From Isurus oxyrinchus (Eukaryota), in assembly GCA_026770705.1 (NCBI GenBank), contig JANJGN010000121.1, positions 1,178,001 to 1,242,000 on the forward strand: DNA of 64,000 nucleotides, given 5' to 3'. How positions within the stretch are numbered: position 1 is the stretch's first letter; each line of letters begins with the position of its first letter. Made by a program: the position numbers and the translations under genes. Under the pieces are notes generated by a model, which saw only the letters and a list, made by a program, of their open reading frames with translations, was not told the origin of the DNA and searched no databases. This document shows positions 23,708-36,248 of the stretch, piece by piece.

Positions 23708-26407
23708 CTTGAGAACACACAGAAAGAAATCATCACTGACTCTCCGCTTTCAATCTCTCACTCTGGCTGAACATTCAAGCTTCATATCACTGCAACATTT
23801 GCTGTAATATTGACCCATCCACTGGGATTCAATGTGGAATGAATGTTTTCATTGTAAACACTCTAAGAGTGGACAATCGGAACTTTCCCCTTAGCGTGGA
23901 ACATTGGTGAGAATGGATCATTGTGCTGTTGGACTCCCTGTCCAATGTTTCTCTCCATCGCTGTGTACAGGATTGTGCTGTAGAAAATTCTGGAAACGTT
24001 TAGTGCAGGGTGGAAATCCATCTCGGACGCGTGTGTGATTCGGGCAGGATCGAGATGGACTCCCCCACGGACATACACCCCCCGCTTAATAAACAGTTCC
24101 AATCTTTACCCAGAGAGAGGGGAGAATGTGGAACTCGCTCCCACTGGGAGTGGTTGAGGTGAACAGTATCGATGTATTTAAGGGGCAGGAGGGTCGGTAA
24201 CCAGAGGGACACAGATTGACGAACCGGAGGGGGAGATGAGGAGAATTTGTTTTGACAGAGCGAGTTGTTGTGATCTGGAAGGTGCTGCCTGAAATGGCGG
24301 TGGAAGCAGATTCAATAGGAACTTTCAAAAGGGAAATTGGATAAACACTTGAAGGAGGAAGTTGGGGGCAAGGTGGAGTGGTGGTTAGTGGATCTGATTG
24401 GATAGATCATTGAAAGACCTGGCACAGGCACAATGAGCTGAATTGCCTCCTCCTGTGCTGTATTATTCTCCGCTTCCATGATCTCTCCCCCAGTCAGTAA
24501 CCACTCCAGTTCCCTCTTGAAGGTGACAGAGAAGCAGCAACCACCACACCCACTGACAGCACATTCCCGAGGATCCCTACTCTCTGGGAAAAGATGAGCT
24601 CCCCAACATCCAGCCTATTCCTGCTTCCCAGAGCGTGTAAACCCTTCAGGGAGGCGCTGAGGAAGTTTTCAATAAAATGAGTTATCAAATCTACTGTTTG
24701 AGAAATAATTGAATTCCGATGAACTCACAGCTTGTGGAGCGAACTGGGAAGTGGAGTTGCTTGAAAAGCTGGGAGACACAAGGATTAAGTGCTACAACGC
24801 CACCACTGGTGGAAGGCTGTAACTACAGTGTGATGTTTACATAGGCAGTCATCATTATAAACAGGGGCATTGGACATACTGGGAAATATGTGCACGGAAA
24901 TAGTGAGAACAAGATGTAAGCTTTTCACCAGCAAGAATTCTCGTACTAAACCTCTTCACCTCTCTTTTACTCTCAGATACACAAAAAAAATCACAGAATC
25001 AGATAAGGAGGAATTGGGACTAGTTCTTTGTCAAAGGGTTAGGTTTCAGGTAGCTCCTTAAAGGGAGAGAGAGAGAGTTGGAGAAGCAGATAGTATCTAC
25101 GAGTGCCTCTATGCATCTGAGTGTTTGTACGAGTAATTTCCATATTCTTCCATAAATATGAATGGGAACACAAATCCCAGAATTCAGCCCACTCTCCAGG
25201 GCAGTACTGAGGGAGGTCAGGTAACCCATGAGGGAGTCTTGTGCTAGTGTGTTTGTTTGTGAGTGTGTCTTTGTGTGTGGTCATATATGTGTGTCTACAC
25301 GTGTCTATTTAGGTCTGTATGTTTGAGGGTGTTTGTGTAGTGTTCGAATCTGTGAGAGATGTTGAAGTCTGTGTACACTCACGTTCCACAGTGATGGTTA
25401 TGAACCCCTCCACTGCTCCATGTTCATTCTCTGCCACACACTGATAGTGTCCAGTGTCCCTGGATGTAACGTGAGGAATCACCAACCACAGCTCATTGTT
25501 GGAACTTGTTCCGATCATTGGAACATTAAGATCTCAGGGCAGGAATCAAGAAGCCCGTTTGCACGATTACCAACAGAAAGTGAACAACAATTTATACTTA
25601 ATGGGAAGAGAGTGCTGATTGGTTGGCAAGTGGTCTCTGATAGGAGGAGGTGTTGCCATGGAAAATACTGTGTGTGAGATGAAAAGTTTAGACAGCTTGT
25701 CCCTTCATTCAGCAATAATCAGATAAATATCAATTAAATTATATCGACTGTGAAGCACTTTGAGAGGACTGAGAATGTAGATACTGAGAACGGGCTGCAC
25801 TGTCAGAGGGTCAGCGCTGAGGGAGTGCTGATGCAGAATGAAGGATGTCGGTACTTACCTTGCACAGTTAGTACGAGGGTCCGCTCCGATGAAACAGATG
25901 GATATCTCACTCTGCAGCTGAGAGTGTGTCCGTGGTGTTTGAGTGATGGGACCAGGGTCAGAACAGAAGTATAGGTCAGAGTGACACCATGCTGAGTTAC
26001 AGTGTTTGAGACTGATCCAGGTACGTCAGTGGGAGTTTCCCAGGTTTAGACAGGTGCTGCTGTTCCATTGCACATTGTGTTGAAGGTGCAGCTTACATCC
26101 ACACACTTTCCTGCAATAATTTCAGCAGGGAATATCATGGGTTTATCTGTGAAATCTAACAGACAGAGAATGGATCCTTTTAGAGAAATATAACGTGAAG
26201 CATCAGTTCAAATAGAAACCACAGTCCCACAAGAGAAAGCACTTTTACAAGGATGATATCAGAACTGAGAGGTTACAATGATCAGGAAAGATTTTCTTGC
26301 TCTTTGGCAGTAGTGTTTCTGTCTCTCAGCTTAATACACGTTCACTCCGAGACATGTGAATTGAGAACACTGGATGAGAGAAGAGGCTCAGACCAGAGAT
26401 TGGAGTT

Positions 26408-26537
26408 AAAAGCAGAATACTGTGGATGCTGGAAATCTGAAACAAAAACAAAAATTGCTGGAAAGACTCAGCAGGTCTGACAGTATCAGTGGAGAGGAAG
26501 ACAGGGTTAACGTTTCGAGTCTGTATGACTCTTCATC
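26408..26537. mobile_element. Short Penelope-like terminal fragment with target-site duplication
   Basis: Flanked by an imperfect direct repeat AGACCAGAG(A/G)TT(G/T)GAGTT; same family as 27988-28201. Confidence 0.6.
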
Positions 26538-27987
26538 AGACCAGAGGTTTGAGTTCACTGGCTTCTCATTTCCTCAGTGATCTGGGTGATTTATTACATT
26601 GTGGTTTGTTGGATCTTGCTGTGCACAAACTGCCTGCTGTGTTTAACATCTGTGACTACAATTCAGGAATAATTTCATTGGCTGTGAAGGGATTTGGATC
26701 CTCCTGAGGTGGTAAATTGCGTTGCAGAAATGCACATCTTTCTTTTATCGATACGTCAGACTTTCAAACAGGACAGGAGAGATTGATGGGAGTGGATAAC
26801 CTGATAATACAGTTAATGCTTTTCATCATTGATATTAAAGTGAGTATTAGCGGTTGCTTTAGGACTGAACTGGAAGCTATCACCAGGTTATTGAGAATCA
26901 GACAGTGTGTTATAATAAGCTGTGTTTTGTGTTAATATGTAAACGTCACAGTTTGTGTTATTTCCCATTGAGTGTTGAATGTGAATTGTTGAGTAATTAT
27001 AACACAGCACTTACCAGAAACGTGAAGCTGGGTTACAGGATAATAGTTGTATCTATTCCTGTTGTCAAATTCTATTCTGAAAAAAATAAGGTCCTGCATC
27101 TTCCCGTCTGATGTTGTTTATAATCAGGGAACAGTCGCCATCTTTCAGGTCTCCAGACAGCCGGGTACGATGGCGGAATCTTTGATCCCTGTGACTGTGA
27201 CCCTCGGAATGAAAGGCTATAGACCATTTAGGCTGTGGGTTCCCATCTCTTCCTTTCAACCAGATTCCAACACGTGATCTCCCTACGAAATGTGATGATT
27301 AACTGTAATGACATGGAATCTGTACACACGAACCTTCCTGCGCTGCCACCTCTCATGGAGTGTCGCCTTTCCACTCTTGTGACAGTCCAACTGGGGAGAG
27401 AAATGTCAATATTTAACTCTGGATGGTTTATAGATCCACTAGACTTGATATCCACTCCCTCCATCACTGGGGCACAGTGGCTGCAGTGTGGACCATCTAC
27501 AGGACACACAAGGAACTCCCGAAGTTTTCACAATGGATGGAAGAGATTCCTGGACACAGGAGTGGACAAGTTCATTCTACATTGGCTCATGGTCCTCAGG
27601 ACCCTGTTTAGTGAAGCCAGTCTTCCACCCAACACAGTGTCTACAAGATACACAGGGAAACTGTGTAAACATCTCAACTCTCTACACTGACTGGTGGAGC
27701 TTCAGTTTAACTTTCAGTATTTTTAAATTTCCATATTGTGGTTGCTATGGTGAAACTGTACAGGAAGTGTGAAGGCTGGACTCTCTGTCTATTCTCACTG
27801 CAGCTGTGATGTGGTCGTGGTGATTCTCAGTAAAATGAAACCCTCTGATCTCCTACATCCCGAGGTTTAGGGAGTGAATTCCAGAGCTCAGGCCCCAGGC
27901 AGCTGAAGGCCCGGCCGCCAGTATTGGAGTGATGGGAATCGGGGGATGGTCAAGAGGCCGGAATTGGAGTAACACAGAGATCTGGGA

Positions 27988-28201
27988 CAAAAACAGAATT
28001 ACCTGGAAAAACTCAGCAGGTCTGGCAGCATCGGCGGAGAAGAAAAGAGCTGACGTTTCGAGTCCTCATGACCCTTCGACAGAAGGACTCGAAACGTCAA
28101 CTCTTTTCTTCTCCGCCGATGCTGCCAGACCTGCTGAGTTTTTCCAGGTAATTCTGTTTTTGTTTTGGATTTCCAGCATCCGCAGTTTTCTTTGTTTTCA
28201 T
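27988..28201. mobile_element. Palindromic Penelope-like insertion
   Basis: ~85-bp near-perfect inverted arms; 15-bp TSD CACAGAGATCTGGGA at 27973-27987 and 28202-28216. Confidence 0.75.
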
Positions 28202-28504
28202 CACAGAGATCTGGGAAGTTGTTTGGTTGAGTTGCAGGAGGTTTCAGAGATTAAGAGATAAGAATGATCTTTTACAAAGACTGTTAAACATAAATCTGTC
28301 TGAGCTGATGATGATATTACCTTGGAAAAGTGACAAGAGGACGTAAGATTTCCCGATCATCGTCCACTCCCAGATATTCCATCCACTTCTCACTCTCAAG
28401 CTGTGAAAGAGAAAGGAGTTAATGAGACCTCACCTCTTGTCCGACAGCTCTCGAGAGATCAGAACTGCTTTTAGACAATGTCTAAAATTAGAAATGGATT
28501 AGAA

Positions 28505-28700
28505 ATGAATTAGAAAGGGTGGATGTGTCACTGTGAGACAAAATGAGGAAGTTGGATCAAAGTGACAGAGCAGCTCATGTTTTGAGATGTTGGTGAACTG
28601 TTACCCGTTTGTGTCCTGACCCTGTGATGATATTTCTGCTCACAGGTGGACAGTCATTGACCAGGAGTTTTTCCTGTGGGTCAATGGTTTTCACAGCCAA
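28505..28700 (-). promoter_or_regulatory. Gene C promoter remnant fused to intron 1 (exon 1 deleted at this position)
   Basis: Homologous (inverted) to gene D upstream 35490-35650; GAGGAAGT at 28545-28552. Confidence 0.7.
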
Positions 28701-28779
28701 ATTCAGGGGGTCAGAATGTTGCGGGATTCAAGACCCCATTCAGGGGACGTCTGCCCCACAGAGTAGACTGAAATTCCCC

Positions 28780-29090
28780 AGTGTCAGTACTGAGCAAGTG
28801 CTGCACTGTCGGATGGTCATTACTGAGCGAGTGTTGCACTATTGTAAGGTCAGTACTGAGGGAGATCTCCACTGTTTGAGGGTCAGTACTGAGGGAGTGC
28901 TGCACTATCAGAGGCACATTAATCAGGGAGTGCTGCAATGTTGGAGGATCAGTACTGAGGGAGTGCTGCACTGTTGGAGGGTCAGTACTGAGGGAGTGCT
29001 GCACTGTCAGAGGGACATTAATCAGGAAGTGCTGCACTGTTGGAGGATCAGTACTGAGGGAGTGCCGCACTGTTGAAGGGTCAGTATTAA
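28780..29090. repeat. 33-bp minisatellite
   Basis: Degenerate units. Confidence 0.85.
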
Positions 29091-29144
29091 GGTGCTGATT
29101 TAGAAGACAGGACAATGGATTAGGAGCCCTCAGAACTCCCCCCG

Positions 29145-29231
29145 TGATTTCCAATCGATCCGTTACTTACCCAGGACCTGTCCGACTGCTCGCCTGGAGA
29201 GGAACTGCCCACACGCTCTGCTTGGGCTGCA
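29145..29231 (-). pseudogene. Displaced copy of non-coding exon 1 with donor
   Basis: Matches 115-192 and 21015-21092. Confidence 0.75.
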
Positions 29232-29835
29232 TGGGCCTCCTCCTGTTCCTGTGTAACAGGCTTGATGGGGCTGAATGGGCCTCCTCCTATTCCTGTGTAA
29301 CAGGCTTGAGGGGGCTGAATGGGCCTCCTCCTGTTCCTGTGTTATAGGCTCGAGGGGCTGAGTGGGCCTCCTCCTGTTCCTGTGTTATAGGCTTGAGGGG
29401 CTGAGTGGGCCTCCTCCTGTTGCTGTGTAAAAGGCTAAAGGGGCTGAATGGGTTTCCTATTCCTGTGTAAGAGGGTTGAGAGACTGAATGTGCTCTTCCT
29501 GTTCCTGGATAACAGGCTAAGGTGACTGAATGGCCTCCTCTTGTTCCTGTGTTACAGGCTCTATGGGGCTGAATAGGACTCCTCCTTTTCCTGTGTAACA
29601 GGCTCGAGGGGCTGAGAGTCTCTCCTGTTCCTGTTGAAGGGTGTTGAGAGACTGAATGTCCTCTTCCTGTTCCTGTGTAATAGGCTCATGAGGCTGATGG
29701 GCCTTCTCCTGTTCCTGTGTAACAGGCTCAGGTGCTGAATGGGCCTCCTGCTGTTCCTGTGTATCAGGCCCGAGGGGTCTGAATGGGCCTCCTCCTGTTC
29801 CTGTGTAACAGGCTCAGGTGCTGAATGTCCTCCTC
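29231..29835. repeat. ~43-bp minisatellite derived from the CR1 3' tail
   Basis: Repeats of CAGGCTCGAGGGGCTGAATGGGCCTCCTCCTGTTCCTGTGTAA; compare 11173-11220. Confidence 0.8.
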
Positions 29836-29844
29836 TCATTAAAA

Positions 29845-30058
29845 ATAAATACTGCAGATGCTGTAAATCTGAAATAAAAACGGAAAATGCTGCATTAACT
29901 CAGCAGGTCTGGCAGCAGCTGTGGAGAGAAAAACAGAGTTTTTGCTTTGAGACTCTGAAGAAGGGTCATACGGACTCGAAATGATTATTCTGTTTATCTC
30001 TGCACAGATGCTGCCAGACCTACTCAGTTTCTCCAGCATTTTCTGTTTTTATTTCAGG
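29845..30058. mobile_element. Degenerate palindromic Penelope-like fragment
   Basis: Inverted arms, same family as 27988-28201. Confidence 0.6.
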
Positions 30059-31159
30059 TACTCTCTTGTTCCTGTGTAGCAGGCTCGAGGGGGCTGAAGA
30101 CCTCCTCCTGTTCCTATTCAATGGGCAGTTAAAGCATGTGTCTGATTTTGGACATCGAACCCAATTCTGTCCTCAGGGCACTGATAGAGGAAATGACCAG
30201 TTATAGATCAATGCAGGAGGATTATTTATTTTCCCAATCTTTGATCCAAGCATCTCATCAAACACAGAGCGGAACCAGGATCAAGGATGTTGGTCTCTGT
30301 GATCTGTAACACATCGCACAGTCCACCCATCCACTCAGCCTTCAGGATGGATGCTCATTGTACTCTCCAAGTGTGAAAGACTAAAATTGTGGTTTATTGG
30401 AGCTCTATCTCATTCTGTTATCAAAGCTGTCTCATCCATCCATGATATATTGAAGAAGATAAACCTGCAACCAATTTTTCACATCATAATTTCCAATGTT
30501 CATTGGCTATATCAATGTAAACATGTCACGTTGTACTGATGAACTCCCATCATTGGTGGCACTGTAGCACATGTTATCCTCTAAGCTGCAGAGAATTTCT
30601 CAAATCTCCAATCAAATTGTATCCCAGATTGTTGTTCGTTTCGCTGTTTAACAATGAAGTGTAAAATCCAAATATATTTCTGAAAATACATTTGACTACA
30701 AAATGGTGTAAATTTTACCAATCTCCTCTGTTCCAATTATCCACCGATCCTGCATTTCCTGAAGTCTGCACTGGCTGATGAATATTCTGTAAACACTGAC
30801 AGACAGGAAGGTGAATAACAGAATGAAAATTAACTCATAATCACGGACACGGGATTGAATTTGTCCGTTCTGTCCTGGTACATCATCGAACGATATCTAA
30901 AGACATTTACAATCAGAATGGAGAGAAGGATGTTTCCAACAGTGAGGGACAATTCTGAAGGAGGATGTTCAAATTGACACCCACAGACAATCATCCTGGA
31001 TAGATCATTCCGAAGAAATTCCATCAGATTGTAACAAGAGGTTTAAATCTATTTCCTGGGAGTGAGTTCCTGTGGATATTAGGAAGGTAAATTGGAGTTT
31101 TGAATGATTCTCCCGTTCTGTATTCTCCCCACACTGTGTGTGTCTCATTCTTGCTCAGT

Positions 31160-31276
31160 TTATAAATTCCCATAAACAGAATCCTTGGCAAAATCACAAT
31201 TTGCGTAAAGATCATCATCTGTATCAGGATTGACTCCGCGGTTAGATTTCATTTCCAGATCCTTCTCATCTTTCTT
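31160..31276 (-). CDS. Orphan terminal cytoplasmic exon KKDEKDLEMKSNRGVNPDTDDDLYANCDFAKDSVYGNL*
   Basis: Strong acceptor atttctgtttctattacag, phase-0 open frame ending in two tyrosine motifs; no upstream partner exons recognised. Confidence 0.6.
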   Translation of the reverse strand, partial: KKDEKDLEMKSNRGVNPDTDDDLYANCDFAKDSVYGNL

Positions 31277-31429
31277 CTGTAATAGAAACAGAAATGATCA
31301 GAGTGACAATCAGAGTGATCAGTGTTTAGTATTATTGATCCAAATCGAAAATTCCACCCACAATACATACATTAATTATTGATACTGTTGGATGCTGCTC
31401 ACGAGTTTGTTGGGACTTATGGATCCAGG

Positions 31430-34400
31430 CTTGTTTTGGAGAGGCTGAGTAGGTACAATAGACAGAGTAGATCAGCAGACAGTTCTTAGATGAAACATAT
31501 TCTGCTTATTTACAAAGGAACTCAGCAGCTACACTTGTGTGCTTTCAACTCAAGCCCTGTCTCCGCATTACAGGCTCTAACCAAAGGTGACCGACTACTG
31601 AGGTACCTGCGCCACTCGGCTGTTGGACACTGATATAAGAGTTAAACAGGGACTTCTATTAGTGAAAACCAAAGGTCAGCAGAATTCTCCAGGTGAACCT
31701 TGTGCACCATGGGGCTGACATCAGCAGAACTCTCCAGAAAGGCCTTGAAGATCACGAGGGATTAACTCGAGAAGAGACATAAAGAGATGCTGAGGGTAAA
31801 CAGATCAGGTAAAGGCAAACAGCACCAGGCTAGAACGAGATAAACAGTTCTTGCTTGGGTAATGAGCAGATATGTACCTGGGACTGGGAACATCTGCTTA
31901 TTATGTGATTATGTACTGACAAGATTTGAATTTAAATAACCCAATGTGTACGTGACTAACACTGTGAACAAAAAAGATGGTTTCCCTGTAATGGGTAGAG
32001 TTCTGTTTTTAGCCAGGCCTGAGGTTGATTCTGAGAACACACCACAACACTGAGCTCATGTTATCTTCCATTGTAACCTTCTTCTTAAAGGTATATCACA
32101 CATCAGATTACCACCACCCTCCCCCTTTACTCAGAAATACATTTTACACTTACTTTTAAAATTTTCTCAAAGTATCAAATGATTTACACAGATCAGTAAT
32201 TTACAAATTCAGTCTTTCTGGGGGGTTTCCTTATGCGTCTGGAACGTCTCAGATCCACAGATTCAGATGCTTTGTCAGGAGTCTCCTTTTCTGATGTTGT
32301 CCCAACACCAGCTTCTTCGGTGGACACCTGCAAACCTGTTTCCTCAACTCTTGCAGGTACAACAGACCCTTCAGACACATCTGTTCTCAGCTGAGTTCTT
32401 TCAACAGGAGACATAGACGCAGCCGTGAAGACTGGTGGGATTGTTTCTTGGTACTTTGTTTCTCTCCTCCTTATATGACCCACATGTCTCCATATGACTC
32501 GGTCTTCCACTTTCACATGGTGAGAAAGAGTTCCAATCGCTGCATTTATTTCACCCGGTGACCACTTTGGCCCTTCTATAAAATCCTTCACATATACCGT
32601 CTCTCCTACGGTCAGCTTCCTGTCATGGCTATGCCAGTCATGTCCAGTTTCCTGTCTTCCTGGACTCCTTTCCACCTTCCCGCTGACATTTAGCATGACT
32701 GATGTTGCAAATGTGACGTGAGAAAAAACTTTTTCACACAACTAAGTTTTGGGCCTGGAATGCACGGCCTGGAAGTGTTGTGGAGGCAGGTTCAATCGAG
32801 GCATTCAGGAGGGCATTAGATGGTTATTTGGATAGAGAAAAGGTGCAGGGGCATGGGGAAAGGCAGGGCAATGACACTAGGTCATGATGCTCATTTGGAG
32901 AGCTGGGATAGACACGATGGGCTGAATGGCCTCCTGCTGTGCCATTAAGACTCTGTGATCCTGCAGAGGAGACTCTGAAAGGCAAACCGGTTTATTGATA
33001 CAACCCTTTGTGTGTATTAATTGTGACAAACTTCTGGGAGGCCTTCTCGAACTCCAATTGTTGATAAGCATGGCTCATATCAGCTCCGTGTAGGCCGTTC
33101 CAGTCAATTCTTGTCATCTCCACAAACACTTTGGCCAGGCTCAGGTCCAGGGACTATTGGTGCTGCCCATTCTGAGGACAGCACAGATTGTATCACTCCC
33201 AGTTTCTAGAACCTGCCCAATTCAGCATCTGCCTTTTCCCACATTGCATAAGGTACTGGTCGTGCCTTCATAAATCAGAGGGGTAGAGTCTGGATCCACA
33301 TGAATTTTTGCTTGCAGCCCCTGGATCTCCCCGAGTTCATCTTGGAAAACTGAGATGTATTTTTGTAGTAGCTCAGGTAGCCCACTGGCTCTCAGTTGGA
33401 AGATCTCAGACCAATCCAGTTTAATATCTTTCAGCCAGTTTTGTCCAAGGAGGCTTGGTCCCTCACCAGCTCCCATCATCAAGGGTCATTTTACTGATTG
33501 ACTTCCATACTGTATAACAACCCTGCTTATGTCTTTGGCTTGAATGTCTTCTCCCGTGTAAGTTTTCAGTTAGTCATCTGTTTCTTCCAAATTTAATTGA
33601 CTTTCCCCATGATTCCAGTATTTGAAAGTATGCTCACCAATTAGCGTAGTGTTAGCTCCTGTATCCACCCCCATTCTGAGAGCTCTATCATTCACCCTCA
33701 CTGTTACATAGATTGGCTCTGTTCTTCCTACCTTTAAATTATACAATGAATAACTATCTGAATCTGTTACTTCAGGCTCTTCTATGTTATGGATCTCACA
33801 GGGTTTTCTCTCTTGATTGAAACTCTGCCTGATTCTATCCTTGCAATTTCTCATGGGCTCTCTGTTTCGATGACAGTAAAAACAATTGATTTTTTTAAAG
33901 TTCCATTCTACGAGGTTGTCTGCTTCACCTCTGTTCCCATTATTCCATGTTTTCTCTGCTAAGTCATTCCTTTTTATTTGCTGCTAGTGGTGGAGGTTTC
34001 CCGTTTCTCATCAGAGCTGTACATTTTCCCGCACTTCTTGGCTGAGGCTCCTCACCCAACATGAGGACGGTGACATTTTGCACTCTCCATATGTTTTTCG
34101 AGTCCCTCACTGCTCTTTCCATAGCCAGCACTCTTCCCAGAGCCTTCTGAATATCCAAATCTGTTTCAGACAGTAATCTCTTCTGAATCGCATCTTCATT
34201 TATACTGCACACCAGTCGATCTCTCAGCATATCATTTATAGAATTACCAAACTCACAATGTCCTGTTAACTGTTTCAGACTTTCCACATAACATGCAGCT
34301 GCCTCCCCTGGGACTCTATTTCTTGAGTTAAATTTGGACCGTTGCATCGTTACCGAGGGCTGGGGCTGGGAAGGAATCTTCACAAGGTTCACTATATCAT

Positions 34401-34760
34401 CTAAACTTTTTGAATCCATGGCACCGGGTGGCATTAAAGTTCGCATCAATCCCTAAATCTTACTGCCACACGTGGATAAGAGGGTTGCTCGCCTCTTCTC
34501 CTCCCCATCAATGTCTTTCACTTGGAAAAAGAACGCGAGAAGTTCACCATAATGAGACCAATCACCCACCGTTGGGTCGAAAGGATCAACTCTTCCAAAC
34601 TGCAGCATTCTTCGAGGGGACTGCTTCGGTTATTAGGATGGAAATTATATTTATAATCACTGTGCGAGGCACGGCCAGATTTCAATTTGCTTGCTTTCAT
34701 TCCTTGCTTTTTCTTCCTTGTTTTTCACCTTATCACCAGTTTATTCAACCCTTGTCACTA
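31430..34760 (-). mobile_element. Degraded Gypsy LTR retrotransposon
   Basis: gag (HCEFGNSINDMLRDRLVC), protease (MGVDTGA, LLGQNWL), integrase C-terminus (VYVKDF..GPKW), PPT near 32116-32125, PBS-like near 34732-34742. Confidence 0.8.
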
Positions 34761-34789
34761 TTTTAGTTGACCAATGGGTTCGGTTTACA

Positions 34790-35380
34790 TTCCCTCGGTA
34801 CTGAGCCTGCGACAGTGCAGCAGTCCCTCGGTACTGACCCTCCAGCAGTGCAGCACTCCCTCAGTACTGACCCTCCGAAAGTGCAGCACTCCCTCAGTAC
34901 TGACCCTCCGATTGTGCAGCACTCCCTCAGTACTGACCCTCCGACTGTGCAGCACTCTCTCAGTACTGACCCTCCCACAGTGCAACACTCCCTCAGTACT
35001 GCCCATCTGACAGTGCAGCTCTGTCTCAGTACTGACCCTCTGACAGTGCAGCACTCCCTCAGTACTGACCCTCTGACAGTGCAGCTCTACCTCTGTACTG
35101 ACCCTCTCACAGTGCAACACTCCCTCAGTACTGACCCTCCAACAGTGCAGTACTCCCTCAGTACTGACCCTCTGACAGTGCAGCACTCCCTCAGTACTGA
35201 CGCTCCGATTGTGCAGCAGTCCCTCTGTACTGACCCTCTGACAATGCAGCTCTCTCTTAGCACTGACCCTCTGACCTTGCAGCACTCCCTCAGTACTGAC
35301 CCTCTGACTATGCAGCACTCCCTCAATACTCACCCTCCAACAGTGCAGCTCTCTCTCAGTACTGACCCTCCGATTGTGCA
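34790..35380. repeat. 33-bp minisatellite (~18 units)
   Basis: Direct inspection. Confidence 0.9.
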
Positions 35381-35624
35381 GGACTCTGAGTCCTGACACT
35401 GAGTGCTGATCTGGTTTGCCAGCCTGAATTTTGCCAAATGAATCTCGAACAGGTGACCATCCACTCAGAGAGCGAGAGAGGGTTCGAAACCCAGTGACCC
35501 ACAGGAGAAATTCCTGGTCAATGACTTTCCACTTTTGAGCAGAAATATCATCACAAGTCCAGAACGCAAAGGGTTAACAGCTTCAAAAAACTCTAAACAT
35601 CAGCTGCTCTGTCACTTTGATCTG

Positions 35625-35764
35625 ACTTCCTCATTTTGTCTCACAGAGACACATCAACCCTTTCTAATTAAACACACAGAGGGAGCAGCACAGGAAGAGG
35701 TCATTCAGCCCAAGCAGTGTGTGTGGGCAGTTCCTCCCCAGGCGAGCAGTCGGACAGGTCCTGG
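35625..35764 (+). promoter_or_regulatory. Gene D promoter and non-coding exon 1
   Basis: ACTTCCTC PU.1/ETS motif at 35625-35632, TAATTAAA, donor gtaagt at 35765. Confidence 0.75.
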
Positions 35765-36208
35765 GTAAGTAACGGAATGACTGGAATTCACTTCCACCAC
35801 CAACACCGTCCTTTGTTGATGTTATGACTTTATAAAGAGAGATTCCAATGATTGATGCCTTTGAAAGATTTCTACTGATTATTGAGATCCGAGTGTGAGG
35901 CTCAAGTCTGTTGTACAGAACATCTTTCTAGCTCAAGGGATGAGGGAAGTGGAGAGACATGAGCTTTGGGACATCCTGAGGTGGTGAAAGGTGCTATAGA
36001 AATGCAAGTTCATCATTGTTTTTCTTCCTTAAAGCCTTGTAACTCTCTACAGAGCACCTTTCATCCCACAGAGAGTCAAATTAGGTCTGTGAAGACATTG
36101 TCTAAAAGCAGTTCTGATCTCTCGAGAGCTGTCGGACAAGAGGTGAGGTCTCATTAACTCCTTTCTCTTTCACAGTTTGAGAGCGAATGAAATACCTGAG
36201 AGTGGACG

Positions 36209-36248
36209 ATGATCGGGAAATCTTACTTCCTCCTGTCACTTCTCCAAG
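36209..36248 (+). CDS. Gene D leader exon coding part (MIGKSYFLLSLLQ)
   Basis: Acceptor at 36175, phase-1 donor gtaata. Confidence 0.85.

Larger units (their letters stand above)
25383..28400 (-). pseudogene. Gene C Siglec-like pseudogene: leader 28360-28321, V 27390-27015, C2 26155-25859, 5'-truncated second C2 ~25532-25383
   Basis: V exon has TGA (CGA>TGA, ~27353-27355), TAA (27299-27301) and a +1 frameshift in an A-run (~27080); C2 exon has TTA>TAA (~26047-26049); half of the third Ig exon is replaced. Confidence 0.9.

Noticed and set aside
34767-35399. Long repetitive ORFs (TVQHSLSTDP / LHCQRVSTEGV / RECCTVRGSV), also at 6.9, 58.3 and 61 kb
   Set aside because: Translations of a 33-bp minisatellite that is open in several frames on both strands; not genes, and not CRISPR since there are no unique spacers
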